This document shows positions 25,965-37,760 of a stretch of DNA of 64,000 nucleotides, piece by piece. This DNA comes from Sminthopsis crassicaudata (Eukaryota): positions 651,660,558-651,724,557 of the forward strand of contig NC_133619.1 in the NCBI RefSeq assembly GCF_048593235.1, in the 5' to 3' direction. The notes beneath the pieces were generated by a model, which worked only from the letters and a program-made list of their open reading frames with translations, was not told where the DNA came from and ran no database searches. A program made the translations under genes and the position numbers. How positions within the stretch are numbered: position 1 is the first letter of the stretch; each line of letters starts with the position of its first letter.

Positions 25965-28865
25965 GTCTGTGTTGACTGTTTTAACTGTATTTTTTGCTTT
26001 GTTTTGTGAGTAATTTGGAGCATTCTTTCATATGGCTTTTAAAGTTTTGTGGATATCTTTTGTTCTTACATTTAAAAAACTCAATCTGGACAAGAACAAA
26101 ATATTAAGGGAATTAAAGGGGGGGAAAGAAACAAAAAGGAAGCTGGCCTAGCCATACCAAACTCAGAATCGTGTTATAAAGCAGCAGTCAGCAAAACCAT
26201 TTCGTCTTAATCGAACAGAAATTATATGATTATCTCAATAGAAGCAGGAAAAGTATTTGAAAAAATCCAACATCCATCCCTTTTAAAAATGAGAGAACAC
26301 AGGAATAAATGGACTTTTCCTTAAACAATCAGCAGGAACCTATGTAACAGGGATAAACTAGAAACATTCTCAGTAAGATCAGGGATGAAACAAGGTTACC
26401 CTTCAGCATTGTATTAGAAATGCACGCTTTGGCAATGAGAGAAGGAAAATAAATTGAAGGAATTAGAGGAGTAATGAGGAAACAAAATTACTGCTCATTG
26501 GTCTCCTTAAGAGAATCAACTAAAACACTACTAGAAACAATGAACAACTTTAGCGAAGCTGCAGGATACAAAATAAATGCACATAAATCACAGGCATTTC
26601 TCTATGTTACCAGCAAAGTCCAGCTCAAGGGATAGGAAGACAAATCCTACCAAGACAAAGCCAGGAACTATGTGAGCATAATTACAAAACACTTTTCCTA
26701 GAAATAAAGTTAGATCTAAACAATTGAAAGAATATCAAATGCTCATATGTAGTCCAGGATAATATAAAACAAAAGACAATTCTAGCTAGTCTATTTATTC
26801 AGTGCCATACCAATTAGATTGCCATGAAATTATCTTATAGAGCTAGAAAAAAAAATCAAAATTCATCTAGAAGAACAAAAGGTCAAGAATTTCAAGGTAA
26901 TTAATGAAAAAGAAATGCAAGCGAAGATGGCCTAGCTGTACCAGACTTAAAATTTATAAAGCAATGGCCATCGAAACTATCTGATATCGTCTAAGAAATG
27001 AGTAGTAGATCATTGGAATAGCTTAGGTTCACAAGACACAGCAGTCAAAAACTATAGTAATCTAGTGTTTGATAAGCCAAAGAGACTAGCTTCTGGGGTA
27101 AGAACTCACTATTTCACAAAAATTGCTGGGAAAACTGGAAAACACTATGGCAAAAATTAGGCATTTACCAACACCTAACACACTACACAAAAATAAGGTC
27201 AAAATGGGTTTATGACTAAAACATAAAGGATGTTCTATGAGCAAATTAGAAGAATGAGGGATAATTTACATCTCAGATCTGTCGCCAAGGAAGGAATTTA
27301 TGGCCAAAGAAGAACTAGAGAAGATTATGAAATGCAAAATAGATAAATTTCGATTATTTTAATTAAAAAGTTTTTGTACAAAACAAATGCAGCCAAGATT
27401 AGTGATTTAGATTTAGATTTTTTTTTTTTTTTTTTTTTTCATGACTAGAAATGGCTTGAATTTCTTCATTTGAAAATTGTCTTTATATCCTTTGACCATT
27501 TATCAATTGGGGGTGGATCAGTAGCGTAAGTTAGGTACACAAGACACAATAGTAAACAACTATAAACTACAGTTTGGTAAACCCAAAGACTCTAGCCTCT
27601 GGGAGCAGAACCCACTCTTTTGACAAAAATTGCTAGGAAAACTGGAAAACAGTTTGGCAGAAACTAAAGCATTGACCAACAACTCACACTCTACATCAAG
27701 ATAAGATCAAAATGTGTTCACAATATAGTCGTGAAGGGTGATACTAAAAGCAAAATAGGAGAGCAAGAGATCTGATCTCTGGAGAAGGGAAGAATTTATA
27801 TTCAAAGAAGAACTAGGGAACATTATAAAATGCACAAGGGCAAATTTTGATGATGTTAAAATGAAAAGGTTTTACACAAACAAAATCAATGAAGTCAAGA
27901 TGAGAAGGAAAGCAGAAAACTGGAGGGAAATCTTTACAGGCAGTGTTTCTGATAAAGATCACGTATCTAAAATAAAGGGAGAACTGATTTAAATTTATAA
28001 TACATGTCATTTCTCAAATGATAAATGGTCCAAGGATAGGAACAATTTTCCGATGAAGAAATTAGAGCTGTTTACCATCACATAAAAAAAAAGCTCTACA
28101 CCATAATTGTTCAGAGAAATGCAAGTTAAGCTAACTCTTGAGGTACCACTTTACATCACACCTCTCAGGTGGGCTAAGATAACAGGAAAAGATGATAAAA
28201 TGTTGGAAGAAATGTGGGAAAATTGGGACATCAATGTATTGTTGGTGGAGTCATGAACTGATCCAACCATTTCAGAGCAATTTAGAGCAATGGCCAAGGG
28301 CTCTCCAACTGTGCATCCAGCAATGTCTCTCCCGGGTCTGCATCCCTAAAGGAGGGCAAGGGACCCACATGTGCAAAAATGGTGGTGGCAAGGAACTGGA
28401 CACTGAGTGGATGCTCCCCAGCTGGGAAAAGGCTTAAGGGGTTACAGTGTTTGAACAGCAATAGTGGGGTAGTATCGTCCATAAGAATGACAGACCAATT
28501 TCTGAATTACAGGAGCTGAAGCTGAGAGAAGCAAGCAGAACCACACTGTCTACAGCAAAAGCAAGACCACTCGTTGATCAACTGGGGCACTCACTCCTCC
28601 TCAGCACCATAGTGATCCCAGGCAGCTCCCACAGACTGGGGATGGAAAATGCCATCAACGTCCAGAGAACGAAGGAGACGGAATGGGAACCAAGCACAGG
28701 ACTCTCACTTTTCTTGTCTGTTTGCCTTTTCTGTCTCATGTTTCCCCCATTGCACAACGTGACAAATACGGAAACGATTCATAGGATGGAGCGAGGAAAA
28801 ATCTGGAACACAAAATCTACAAAATTCAGTGTTGAAAATCTTTACACGTAATTGGGAAAATGAAG
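25965..28865 (+). mobile_element. Degraded, rearranged L1 ORF2/3'UTR segments (more than one copy, with short inverted pieces)
   Basis: RT-region and C-terminal ORF2 remnants; the segment near 27005-27400 recurs from 27510; antisense pieces at ~25965-26070 and 27420-27510. Confidence 0.8.
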
Positions 28866-29964
28866 TACCATGGAGAAAAAAAAAATGATACAATGTCAAT
28901 GACACTATAACCACTACCCATCTGGGCAGTTTAGCGGGGGTCCAGACGTAGCTAGCTTTCCTTTGTCCTGGGAAACCTCCAAAAGCAGTCAGTGGAGTCC
29001 TCATATTAGGAGCTCCAATGGAGGGAAGTGGGGGGAAGGCGGGGGAGCTAGAGGGCTGCCAGGGGGCGAGATCACTCAAGCTGGGCCTAGGTGCCTATGG
29101 CTGACCATGGCTGCCCTACCCTAACAAGAGCCTAAGGCAGTGAGCCTCGGGGGCTTCCCCAGGACACTAGAGGCCCTCCAAAACCACCAGAGGATTCCCG
29201 GCTGCATCTTCTGCAACAGGTGACAAGTGGACGCCATGCTGGCCAAGGCTTCCAGCTTAGCTCACGATGGAGAAGGAAGGCCCTCCGGTGCCTGAGGTTC
29301 CTTCCAACAAGTAGGTGTCAGAGTCTGATCACTCAAGGTCCCATCCTCACTCTTGGGGATGCCCCACTTTGCCCCATCCCCCATGACACTCGGACTTTCC
29401 ATGTACCCATTCAAAGTCACCTCATCTCACTTAAGACTTGACTTCAGGGTCCCTAGGAGGGAGGCCAGCCTCCCCCCCCCCCAACTGCCCCAACTCCGGC
29501 CTCCAACACAAAGCCATGAAAGCTGCTCGTCTGGCCCTACCTTGATTTGGTTTTTCTCATGGTTCTCCTCCATTCAGACCAGAACCAAGCACAACATAAC
29601 CAGACACCCAGCCCAAAGGCGTCGGGATTCTTCCTGCCTCCCTGGCTCCGGACCCTTAACGAGTCCTCAGAATTCCCCGGCCAGATGGTCCCTTTCCCAG
29701 GTAAGCCATCTCCTTCACAGCCAGGAGCCATCTGTTAACCGATGACTGTTTAGTCACCCCCAAAAGCGCTGAGCGCACATGCTGCAGAATGACGACGCAT
29801 GGCCCTGGAGACCAGAGGCCAGGAGGCGGGCAACGCCGGTTCCTCATCATCCCTGCGGTTCCCTAGGTTTTGTTTATGTTCCTCGCTGCCTGAGGTGGCG
29901 TAGGGGAACAGAAGGAGAAATTTAGGCAATGTGGAAAACAAAACGTGTCAATAAAATTTTATTT

Positions 29965-30050
29965 AAAAAAATATTAAACAGCACAAGGCCACATACAGAT
30001 CCCGGGGGATCACACAGGAGGACCTTCCATGTTGACATCAAACTACTGGA
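29965..30050 (-). mobile_element. CR1/L3 RT fragment
   Basis: Minus-strand translation WKVLLCDPPGSVCGLVLFNIFLN resembles the CR1 motif SGVPQGSVLGPVLFNIFIN. Confidence 0.55.
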
Positions 30051-30826
30051 GACTGGTGCAGGGGCTGCCAGAAACCACTGCTGGCAAGCCGGAATTCCAC
30101 CACCGAGTCCGGCCTCCCCTCCTCGTCCCCAGGACACATCGCATGACAAGCCCTTCTGCTTTCCTAACACCCAGGCCACATCAATAGAATCCCCTTGACT
30201 TGCTAGTCTATCTAAAAAAAAAAAAAAAAACACCTAAAAAACCTAGAGAAGCCAACAACTACAGAAAGCTGGCGGGCCCACCCTGCTCTGACGGAGCCCA
30301 GCGGGCACCGGGCAGGCTGCTTCCTTTCCCAACTGCTCAGTGACAATCCCCTTAATCTAAACCAGAACCACCATCTTGGAGCCCTCCCCCTCCCCCTTCC
30401 CCAAACTCCTTTTCACATGAATCGTGCCCAAGAAGCTTAAGTTGCTACCATGGCGCGGGAGGGCACCATGCAGCGGGGACGGGCACCGGGAGAGTTCCAA
30501 GGCCAGGGCCTCGCCTAAACCCCCCCACTTTAGCAGCCCTGACACCAGCCCGGCAACTCAACCCAGACCCTCCGTGCAGACTCCCAGCTGAGGCCTCTGA
30601 GTCAAAGTCCAGGCTTGTGCCCAAGGGTCAGCGGGGGGAGACGGCTCCCCCAAATTACCACCCAAGCAACCTCCGCAGGAAATCCATTTTATTGAATAAT
30701 CAGAAGGGTCTGGACAGAGGACGCCTTGGCGGGGGGGACAGGGGCAGACACATTCACGTGATTGGGAGAAGGGGTGGTGGTCTTTTATCGGTGGGGGGAG
30801 GGGTGGCACTCGCCGCTCTCTCTCGC

Positions 30827-33800
30827 TCACTCTGGCGCCGGCTCCATCAGGTAGCCATTCTCAGGAGCCAGATAGCCTTCGCCAGCATCGGCCTCCATAT
30901 AGAGGTCCCGCCCGTCAGCCCCGAGCCCTTCGAGCCCGTTGTCCTGACTGCCACCGCCGCCACCTCCTCCACCCCCGCCACGGGGGGCCTCGTCCCGTCT
31001 TTCACCCCGTTCCCCTCGCTTGTGCTCACGATCTCTATCCCGGTCCCGCCGCCGCTCCCTCTCCCCCCGGTGGCTACGGCGTCGGTCCCTGTCCCGGTCC
31101 CGGCCCTTCTCCTCAGGGGCATCAGGTCCATCAGGGCCGGGCTCCCCGAGAGGGCCGTCGTCAGGGGGCGCATCCCCCGCCTCTGGAGGCTCAGGGCCCT
31201 CGCCACCCCGAGGCTCCTCTTTGCGCTCCCGCTCTCGGCGAGCCCGCTCTCTGCTGCGGCTACTGCGGCGCTTCCGCTCGCGGTCCTTGTCCTTACTTCT
31301 CTCCCGGGAGCGCCTCCTCTCCTCCTTCTCCCGGCTTCTGGAGCGCCGTCGCCGATCCCGGGACCTCGAACGCCGACGGTCCCGCTCCTTGTCTCGCTCT
31401 CGGCTCCGCTCACGGCGCTCCCGCTCGCGTTCCCTGTCCCGGTCCCTTGGAGGACACGGCCAAGAGAGAGAAAGCAGAAAGGATCCTAAGAACAGGCGCT
31501 CCTCCCCGGGGACCGCCACGGCGACCCCCTGCCAGCTCACCCGCGGGCACGCTGGGGTCCTCGGCTCACCTCTCATCGTAACGCGAAGTGTCGTCGCGGC
31601 CCGAGTGCCGGATGTTGACATCGGCCCCCCCTCGCCGGGTGCCCCCAAGGCCACCACCTGAGGAGAGACACGGGAGTCAGCGCGTGCCTGCGGGCAGGGA
31701 GGGGAGGGGAGGGGAGGACCCGGGCCCCTGGCACTCACCCAGCCTGCGGGGCCTCCAGCCCTTCACTGTGCGGCCCCTCTCCACGTCCACCAGCACCCGC
31801 CTGCCGTCGATCTTCTTGCCGTCTGCATGCTTGTAAGCCGCTGTAACAGAGGGGGCAGAGACGACCCCCAGGGTGGGGGGAGCCTCCCGTCAGAGCCTGG
31901 CCTGGGACCCCACCATCCCTTCTGTCCCCCCCAAGACGCGCAGGCACACGCCCCCGCCCCCGCACACACACACGCCCACCAGCGAGCCAGGCAACTCGGC
32001 AGCCGGCCACCTCCGCCCGCCCCACCCCCGCCCCCACACAGAGGGGCCTGCTCCTTCGGACTCCTGCTCCTGCCCGTGCCCAGGTGGGTCCGGACGTCCA
32101 CCGTCTCCCCCCTCTGCCCGACCCCACGATGGAGCAGCCCCCTCCGGGCCCCGCCAAGGAACGCCGCTGCAAAGGAAAGAGGTTAATCAAGTGCTGGTCT
32201 CTCCAGGAGAAGGGGCCGAGAGCACCCCCGGGCCAGCCCGGACATGCACCCTGCGGCAGGCAGCGAGGGCGGGTGCCCAGCCCGGCGCCGCCCCTCCTCT
32301 TCCCCCGGTCTCGGCACTAGGTCTGTCAGGAGGACAGAGACTGGAGCCGACAGAGAGAAGAGGAGGGGGGTCCGGAGCATGGGGAGGCAGCTGGGGCCCT
32401 CTGGGAACTGAGGGGCCCCAGTTTGGGCCCCTCACAGATGGGAGGGGGAGGGGGAGACGTGCGATGGCTGCGACTCCACCCAGCCTTACCTGGCGGCCCT
32501 CAAGCCTCTCAACAAGCCCCCTCCCCGGCACAAAGCCGGGCTTTGGGCTCCTGGACCTCACCGCTCCCCTCCAAGTGGGCATCTGCTGCCGCGAGGGGCA
32601 CGGGGCAAGGGCAGCTCTGGGGCGCCCTGTCCTGGTCCCTCCCTGACCAGCCACCCGCCTCCCCACTAGCTTCCCACCCCCCACCCCCCACCCCCAAAAA
32701 TAACAACAGAGGAAGAGAAAAGGTGCAATTTACCAATGCCGGCTTTGCGAGTGTCCGACCAAACCGAGCGGGATGGGGGGGGCTCGGTCCTCCTGAGGGG
32801 CCTGGCGAGGAGGAGGCTTCCCGGGGGGGGGACACAGGGCAGCTTACCTGGAGCCCCCATGCTTACCTGCACCCTTAGCGCGCGCATGGTCCCCCCTTGC
32901 CGCCCCCCACCCCCCGGGGCAGCTAGGCTACAGGGCGGAGTGGGGGGGCAGAAAAGCAGTCTCAGCTACGAGGATGCCAAGCAGGCCTCAGCACCCGGAG
33001 ACGGGGGAGGCGGGGATGCCCCGAGCCCGACTGGCTGGAGGGCGGAGCGCAAGGCCTGGAGACCGGGCTCCCCAAAATTGCCAAGCCCCATCTCTACCCC
33101 CAAAGTCACAACGAGACCAGGCACCCTGTCTCTTACACACCTAAGAGCACTCAGGTCCCCCCAAACCAGGGTGCGAGGAAGGGGGAGGGGGGAGAGATTC
33201 CGGGGCAAAGGAACCAGCCGGAGCATCGAGGCTCCCGGGGCTCGGGGAAACAAAGGGACTCTGGCCCCGGCCCCCAACTAGGGAGGCAGGAGCAGCTCAG
33301 GACACCCTCTCCTCCAAAGCCCCAAGGACCCAAGCCTAGCTCAGCGCACAAGAACCCGGAAAAGCCCAGACCAGGGGAGACAGCGAAAAGAAAGTGGGAT
33401 GTGTGTCTGCCGTTGGCTCAGAGCTCTCTCTCTCTGTCTCTCTCTCTCTCTGACTGCACAAGGGGACGGGACCTGAGCTGAGGTCCCAACAACAGACTTC
33501 TGGCCTCCCCCCCAATTCCGTGCAGGGGCAGAACACTAAGCACCCAAGGCCCTGGGCCCGGGATGGAGTGGACCCCGAAGAAGCCACTATTCCCATGCCC
33601 CTGCTCTTCCTGGGCGGGGAGGGGGCAGCAGCCTGCCTTGCTCCCAGACATCCATTCCCACCACCCCTGAAAAGAGCGTCTCTGGACCCTGCGGGGTAGG
33701 CGCGGGCCCAGCCCCGAGCAGGAGAGAGGCCTGGAAACGCTGCCCTGGCTCACCCTGCCTCCTGACCTCCAGAGAGGCCGGGCAGGAACCTGTAGAGGAC

Positions 33801-36280
33801 GAAAGAGGGAGGGGAAGGGTCAGAAGGCCCTTCCCCCAAGGCCCTTCCATGGGAAGTCTGCCTTTTCCCCGCCCCCCCCTCCTCCAGCCTCCTCTGCCCC
33901 TGCCCAGCAATCGGGCACCTGGAGGCCAGGGGGAGGGGGGAGTGGGGCCAGGAGTTCGGGGGGGGCTGGGGAATGGGGTCAGAGGAGGGGGCCAGGGAGG
34001 GGGCCTTTCTGCTCCTAAGCTGCCTGGCTAAGCTAGGCTCGTGTGCTGTGGCGAGTGATCTTACCCATGATACAAACCCTTATACCAACCATAAAATGAG
34101 ATGTTGTAAGGGGAGCGTTAGCATCAGCTGCAAGCCAGCTGCGTGGTGGCTGCAGTGACAATAATAAGAACATACAATTAATACGCCGGCCCCTCCACAC
34201 GCCACACCCCCCTCACCGCCACCCCCACCCGGCTCTCACTTTGCACAGGACAAATCTCCCTTTGGGGGCTTTTAAACCACGTCAGGCCGAAATCGAGGAG
34301 ACACAGACAAAAACCACAGACACGGCCACTGAGCATGGCCCCCGCCCACCCGAGGCATCCCTGCCGGGGGTCAGGGGAGGGGGTGGGAAGGAGAGAGAGG
34401 AAGGGAGGAGAGGGGGGCACGACCGAGTGCTCCCCACCAAGGCCAGGGGAAGACGAGGCAGAGAAGGCGAGGCGGGCCGGGGATCCGAGCCCGGCCCCCG
34501 AAGCCCCTTCGGCCTCCCGGCCGGGCCCCCTCCCCTCCCCTCCTCTCCGGCCTTCACCCAGCCCCGCCGCCGGGCTACCTCCGATCCCCCTGAGAGTCAA
34601 CGTGTGGCACTTACCTCTCCCGGCCCCCCGGGCGCACACACACACACGTTGAGGGGAGTTTTGGTTTTTTAAAAATATATATAAAAAAAGATATATAAGA
34701 GACAGAGGAAAAATAAGGAATGAGTGTTGATGTGAGGAAGTGAGGGGGGTACGAAGGGCAGGGACGGGAGGGAAGTGCCGAGGAGGGAGACACTCACAGT
34801 GCATGTCCCGTTCGTGCTCGTACTCGATGAAGGCGTAGCCCCGGGGCTTCCCTGACCGCTTGCTGTAGACCATGTGGATCTGAACACAGGCAGGGGCGAG
34901 CTCGTGAGCCCCCTCTGCTAGGGGCCGGGGCAGCCCCGCAAACGCCCCGGGCCCCGCTACAACAGACTCACCCTCTTGATGGGTCCGTACACCTCAAACT
35001 CTCTCCGCAGTTTTGATTCTGTCGTGTCGTAGTTCTGCAAAAGGCAGAAAGTTGCGGCCCTCCTCCGGGGCCTGCTCCTTGCCTTCCCCAGGCCCCCCGC
35101 CCTCCCGCCAGCAAGCCGAGGTCGCACTCACCACTCGGGCCACAAACAGAGTTTTGAAAGCGTCGCCCTGAGCGTTGGGGTCATTGTGAGGGTCCCCTGT
35201 GAAGAGAAGGCAGCGTCAGGCGCAGAGGGAGAAGCTCCGGGGGGCCGGAGGACCCCACCTGACGGGACAGGGGGTGGGGAGGGGGAAGGAGCCGAGTCCC
35301 CGCAGACATACACATTTTCAGCTCTGTCTCCACCTCTTGCTGTCGCCGCTCTATCTTCTCCCGCCTCTGTAGGAAGGCAAAGAGAGGCAGGCATGGAGGA
35401 GGGAAGCCCGCGGCTCCCCTCCATCGTCCGGCCTGAGCCTCCCCGGCCCGAGCCTCCCCGGCCCCTGAACCCAAACCTTTCCCTCTTTCCTCCACCCCAG
35501 GTGCGCCAGTCACGTACCTTTCTTTCCATCCGCTCCTCCCTCGTCTCTGCTCGGGTTGGAGGAGGGGCATCACGGGGGTCCTGAGAACGAGAGGAGGAGT
35601 CAGAGGGAGCAGGACTACAGGAGGCCGAAGCCCAAAAGGCTTCCAGAGGGAAGCCGCACTCACTGGTCTGGAGACCGAGCCCCCCTACACTAAGGCTCCT
35701 GGCAGCTGCGACCACCCAGCGCGCTGCCCTCCACCTCCAGTCCGAACGCTGGCTCTGCGAGCCTGGGCAAGTCACTCAAGCTGTCGAACGTACGGGTAGC
35801 AAGACCCCCTCCTCCCTGGGTGCCGAGCGAAGGAGGGGAACCCCTGCCTCAGGAGGGCCGCCCCGAGGGCGTCCTTCTCCAGGAGCGGCGAGCCTGTCCG
35901 GGGCCCTCCCCCCGCCCCATCTCATGCACCAGGAAGCCAAGGTTGTTCTCACTTTCCTCAGTGGCGGCTCCGTGAGCTCCGTTCCCTCCTGTCACTGTGC
36001 CGTGGGTAGCTCGGCCCCCCCGCTGCCTCTGGGGCGGCCCAAACGCCCGCCCTCGTGCCGGCCTCCCCCCGAGAATCGCAGAAGAGCCTCCCCTCGCTCA
36101 GCCGCGGGGGGGGGGGGGGGGGGGGGGGCTCACCTCAAACTCCCGGATGTAGGGGGCGATGCCGCAGTAGGGCTGATTGTGGTGCTTCTCATGGGGCAGC
36201 TTCTCCAGGGGGGGGAGGTAGGGAATCGGGTCTCGAGGAGCAAAGAGGGCCAAAAGGTTGGGAGGCAGGAACTGCGTCAT
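30827..36280 (-). CDS. SNRNP70: U1 snRNP 70 kDa protein, 427 aa, 9 coding exons plus a 5' non-coding exon (~37042-37255)
   Basis: Coding exons 36134-36280, 35518-35580, 35312-35366, 35132-35196, 34972-35034, 34798-34879, 31739-31840, 31570-31657, 30827-31445 (1284 nt, all GT-AG). [13 protein letters not shown] start, RRM with [14 protein letters not shown] tail; AATAAA at 30688-30693. Confidence 0.98.
32734..32927 (-). other. Second candidate PTC cassette in SNRNP70 intron 7 with three alternative 5' splice sites
   Basis: Acceptor ccgccctgTAG|CCTAG gives T+CC TAG (Ser-stop). Donors CAG|GTAAGC (exon end 32867), CAG|GTAAGC (32848), TTG|GTAAAT (32734). Confidence 0.6.
34065..34149 (-). other. 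SNRNP70 poison exon (exon 7a type), encoding STTQLACS*
   Basis: AT-rich island in a GC-rich intron; acceptor ttcttattattgtcactgCAG; in-frame TGA at 34124-34126; donor TGG|GTAAGA. The peptide matches the truncated human U1-70K isoform end as I recall it. Confidence 0.8.
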
Positions 36281-37254
36281 GATGCCGGGTCTGCGGGGGT
36301 CAGAGGTCCAGAGGAGGGAGACCGTTAGGGCCCTGCCTGCCAGGGCCCTCCCCCCCACGGTGCTGGGCTTTGGGGGGGGGTCGGGAGTGGGGGGCACTCT
36401 GGGGACCCCAGGGAGGTATCCCCCACACTCAGGGTGAAAGCGGGGTGGGAGCTGTGGGCAGCGCAGGGCTTTAACTCCTCACCAGGGTCCAGCTCCTGCT
36501 GGAAAAAGGGGGGGGGGGCAGCGGGAGTTACAGATAACAGAGGGTCCCGGCGAGTGCAAGCTCCGGGGAAAAGGGAGAAGTCTCCCTAGAGTGCAGGGAA
36601 CTGACGGGAGGGGGGGGGGTAGGGGCTGAAAGGCACTCGTGGGGAAGGGGGGGTCTTGGCAGAAACAGGAGTTGAGGGTATGGGGGGAGGCGCGCCAATG
36701 GGCGCAAAGCATTGTGGGTAAAGAAGGGAGGTCTCGGAGGTACCGGGAGTTAGGGGTAACGGGAAAGGGTCTCCGAAGGCCCGTAGGGCATTGTGGGTAA
36801 AGGGGAGGTGTTGTCCTGGGGGACGTGGGGAGGTGAGGATAGAGAGAGGGGTCCGGAGGACGCAGGGGCTTATGGGTAAAGAGGGGATACAAGCGGACGC
36901 AGAGATGTGATGAGTAGAGGGGGGAGGGGGTCCTCGGCAGGCGCAAGGACTTATGGGTGGGGGGGGGAGTACCGGCGGGCGCAGGGAGTTGTGGGTAGTC
37001 AGCGGGGTCCCGGCCGGGCCCGGCGGGCCTTCAGCACTTACCGGCCGCGCGGCGGCGGCGGCGGCCCCCTCGGCCGGGCGGAGTTCCCGGGGCGGGCGGC
37101 GGCAGCAGGAGCGGCAGCGGCGGCGGCTCGTCGTCGTCCTCCTGGAGCTCGGGGGCCTGGTGGCGCGCCGGGGCCAAGGCCGGGGGCGGCGGCGGGGCCG
37201 GCGTCGCTGGCGGCTCCGGGGCGCTCGCTCCGTCACTCAGTCACTCCGTCCGTC

Positions 37255-37760
37255 CGACTGGTCTCGGCTCACACAGGCGCCCGCGCGGCCAGGCGGCGAG
37301 GGACGCACCGACCGAGGGAGGCGGCTCTCGCGAGAGCTCGGTGCGAGCGCGGGCCGACGGGAGGTGGGGCCAAGGCGAGATCCTTGCGCCCGCCTACGAA
37401 CCACTGCGCACGCGCAGACCCGAGCAGCGGGGAGGGCGACCCGGGAAGAGCCTACTGCGCACGCGCCGATCGCCCTCCGCTCGCCCTCTTCCTTCCCGGT
37501 CCCCGCCAACGTCGTCAAGGCGCATGCGCCTGTCGCTTTCTCCTTCCCCCTCTTTCGTATTTGATCAACCGCCGCCTTCCGCGAGCTGGACTATTTACAT
37601 CTTACCTCCTATCGAAAGTGTCCTTCCGCCAAGAAAAGAGTTCGCCATGTGACATGCGCCTCCATTACGGTTCAACTTCGCTTTATAGAAAGGTCGTGGC
37701 GTCACGTGACCCAGAGGGCGGATCACGCGATCCATCCCCTAAGGATGAAAGAAACCGTGC
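37255..37760 (-). promoter_or_regulatory. SNRNP70 CpG-island promoter
   Basis: High CpG density; NRF1-like ggcgcatgcgcc at 37519-37530 plus two tgcgcacgcg copies; palindromic E-box gtcacgtgac at 37701-37710. Confidence 0.75.

Noticed and set aside
30617-31661. 290- and 213-aa plus-strand ORFs
   Set aside because: Antisense shadows of the repetitive RD/RE/RS-coding last exon of SNRNP70.
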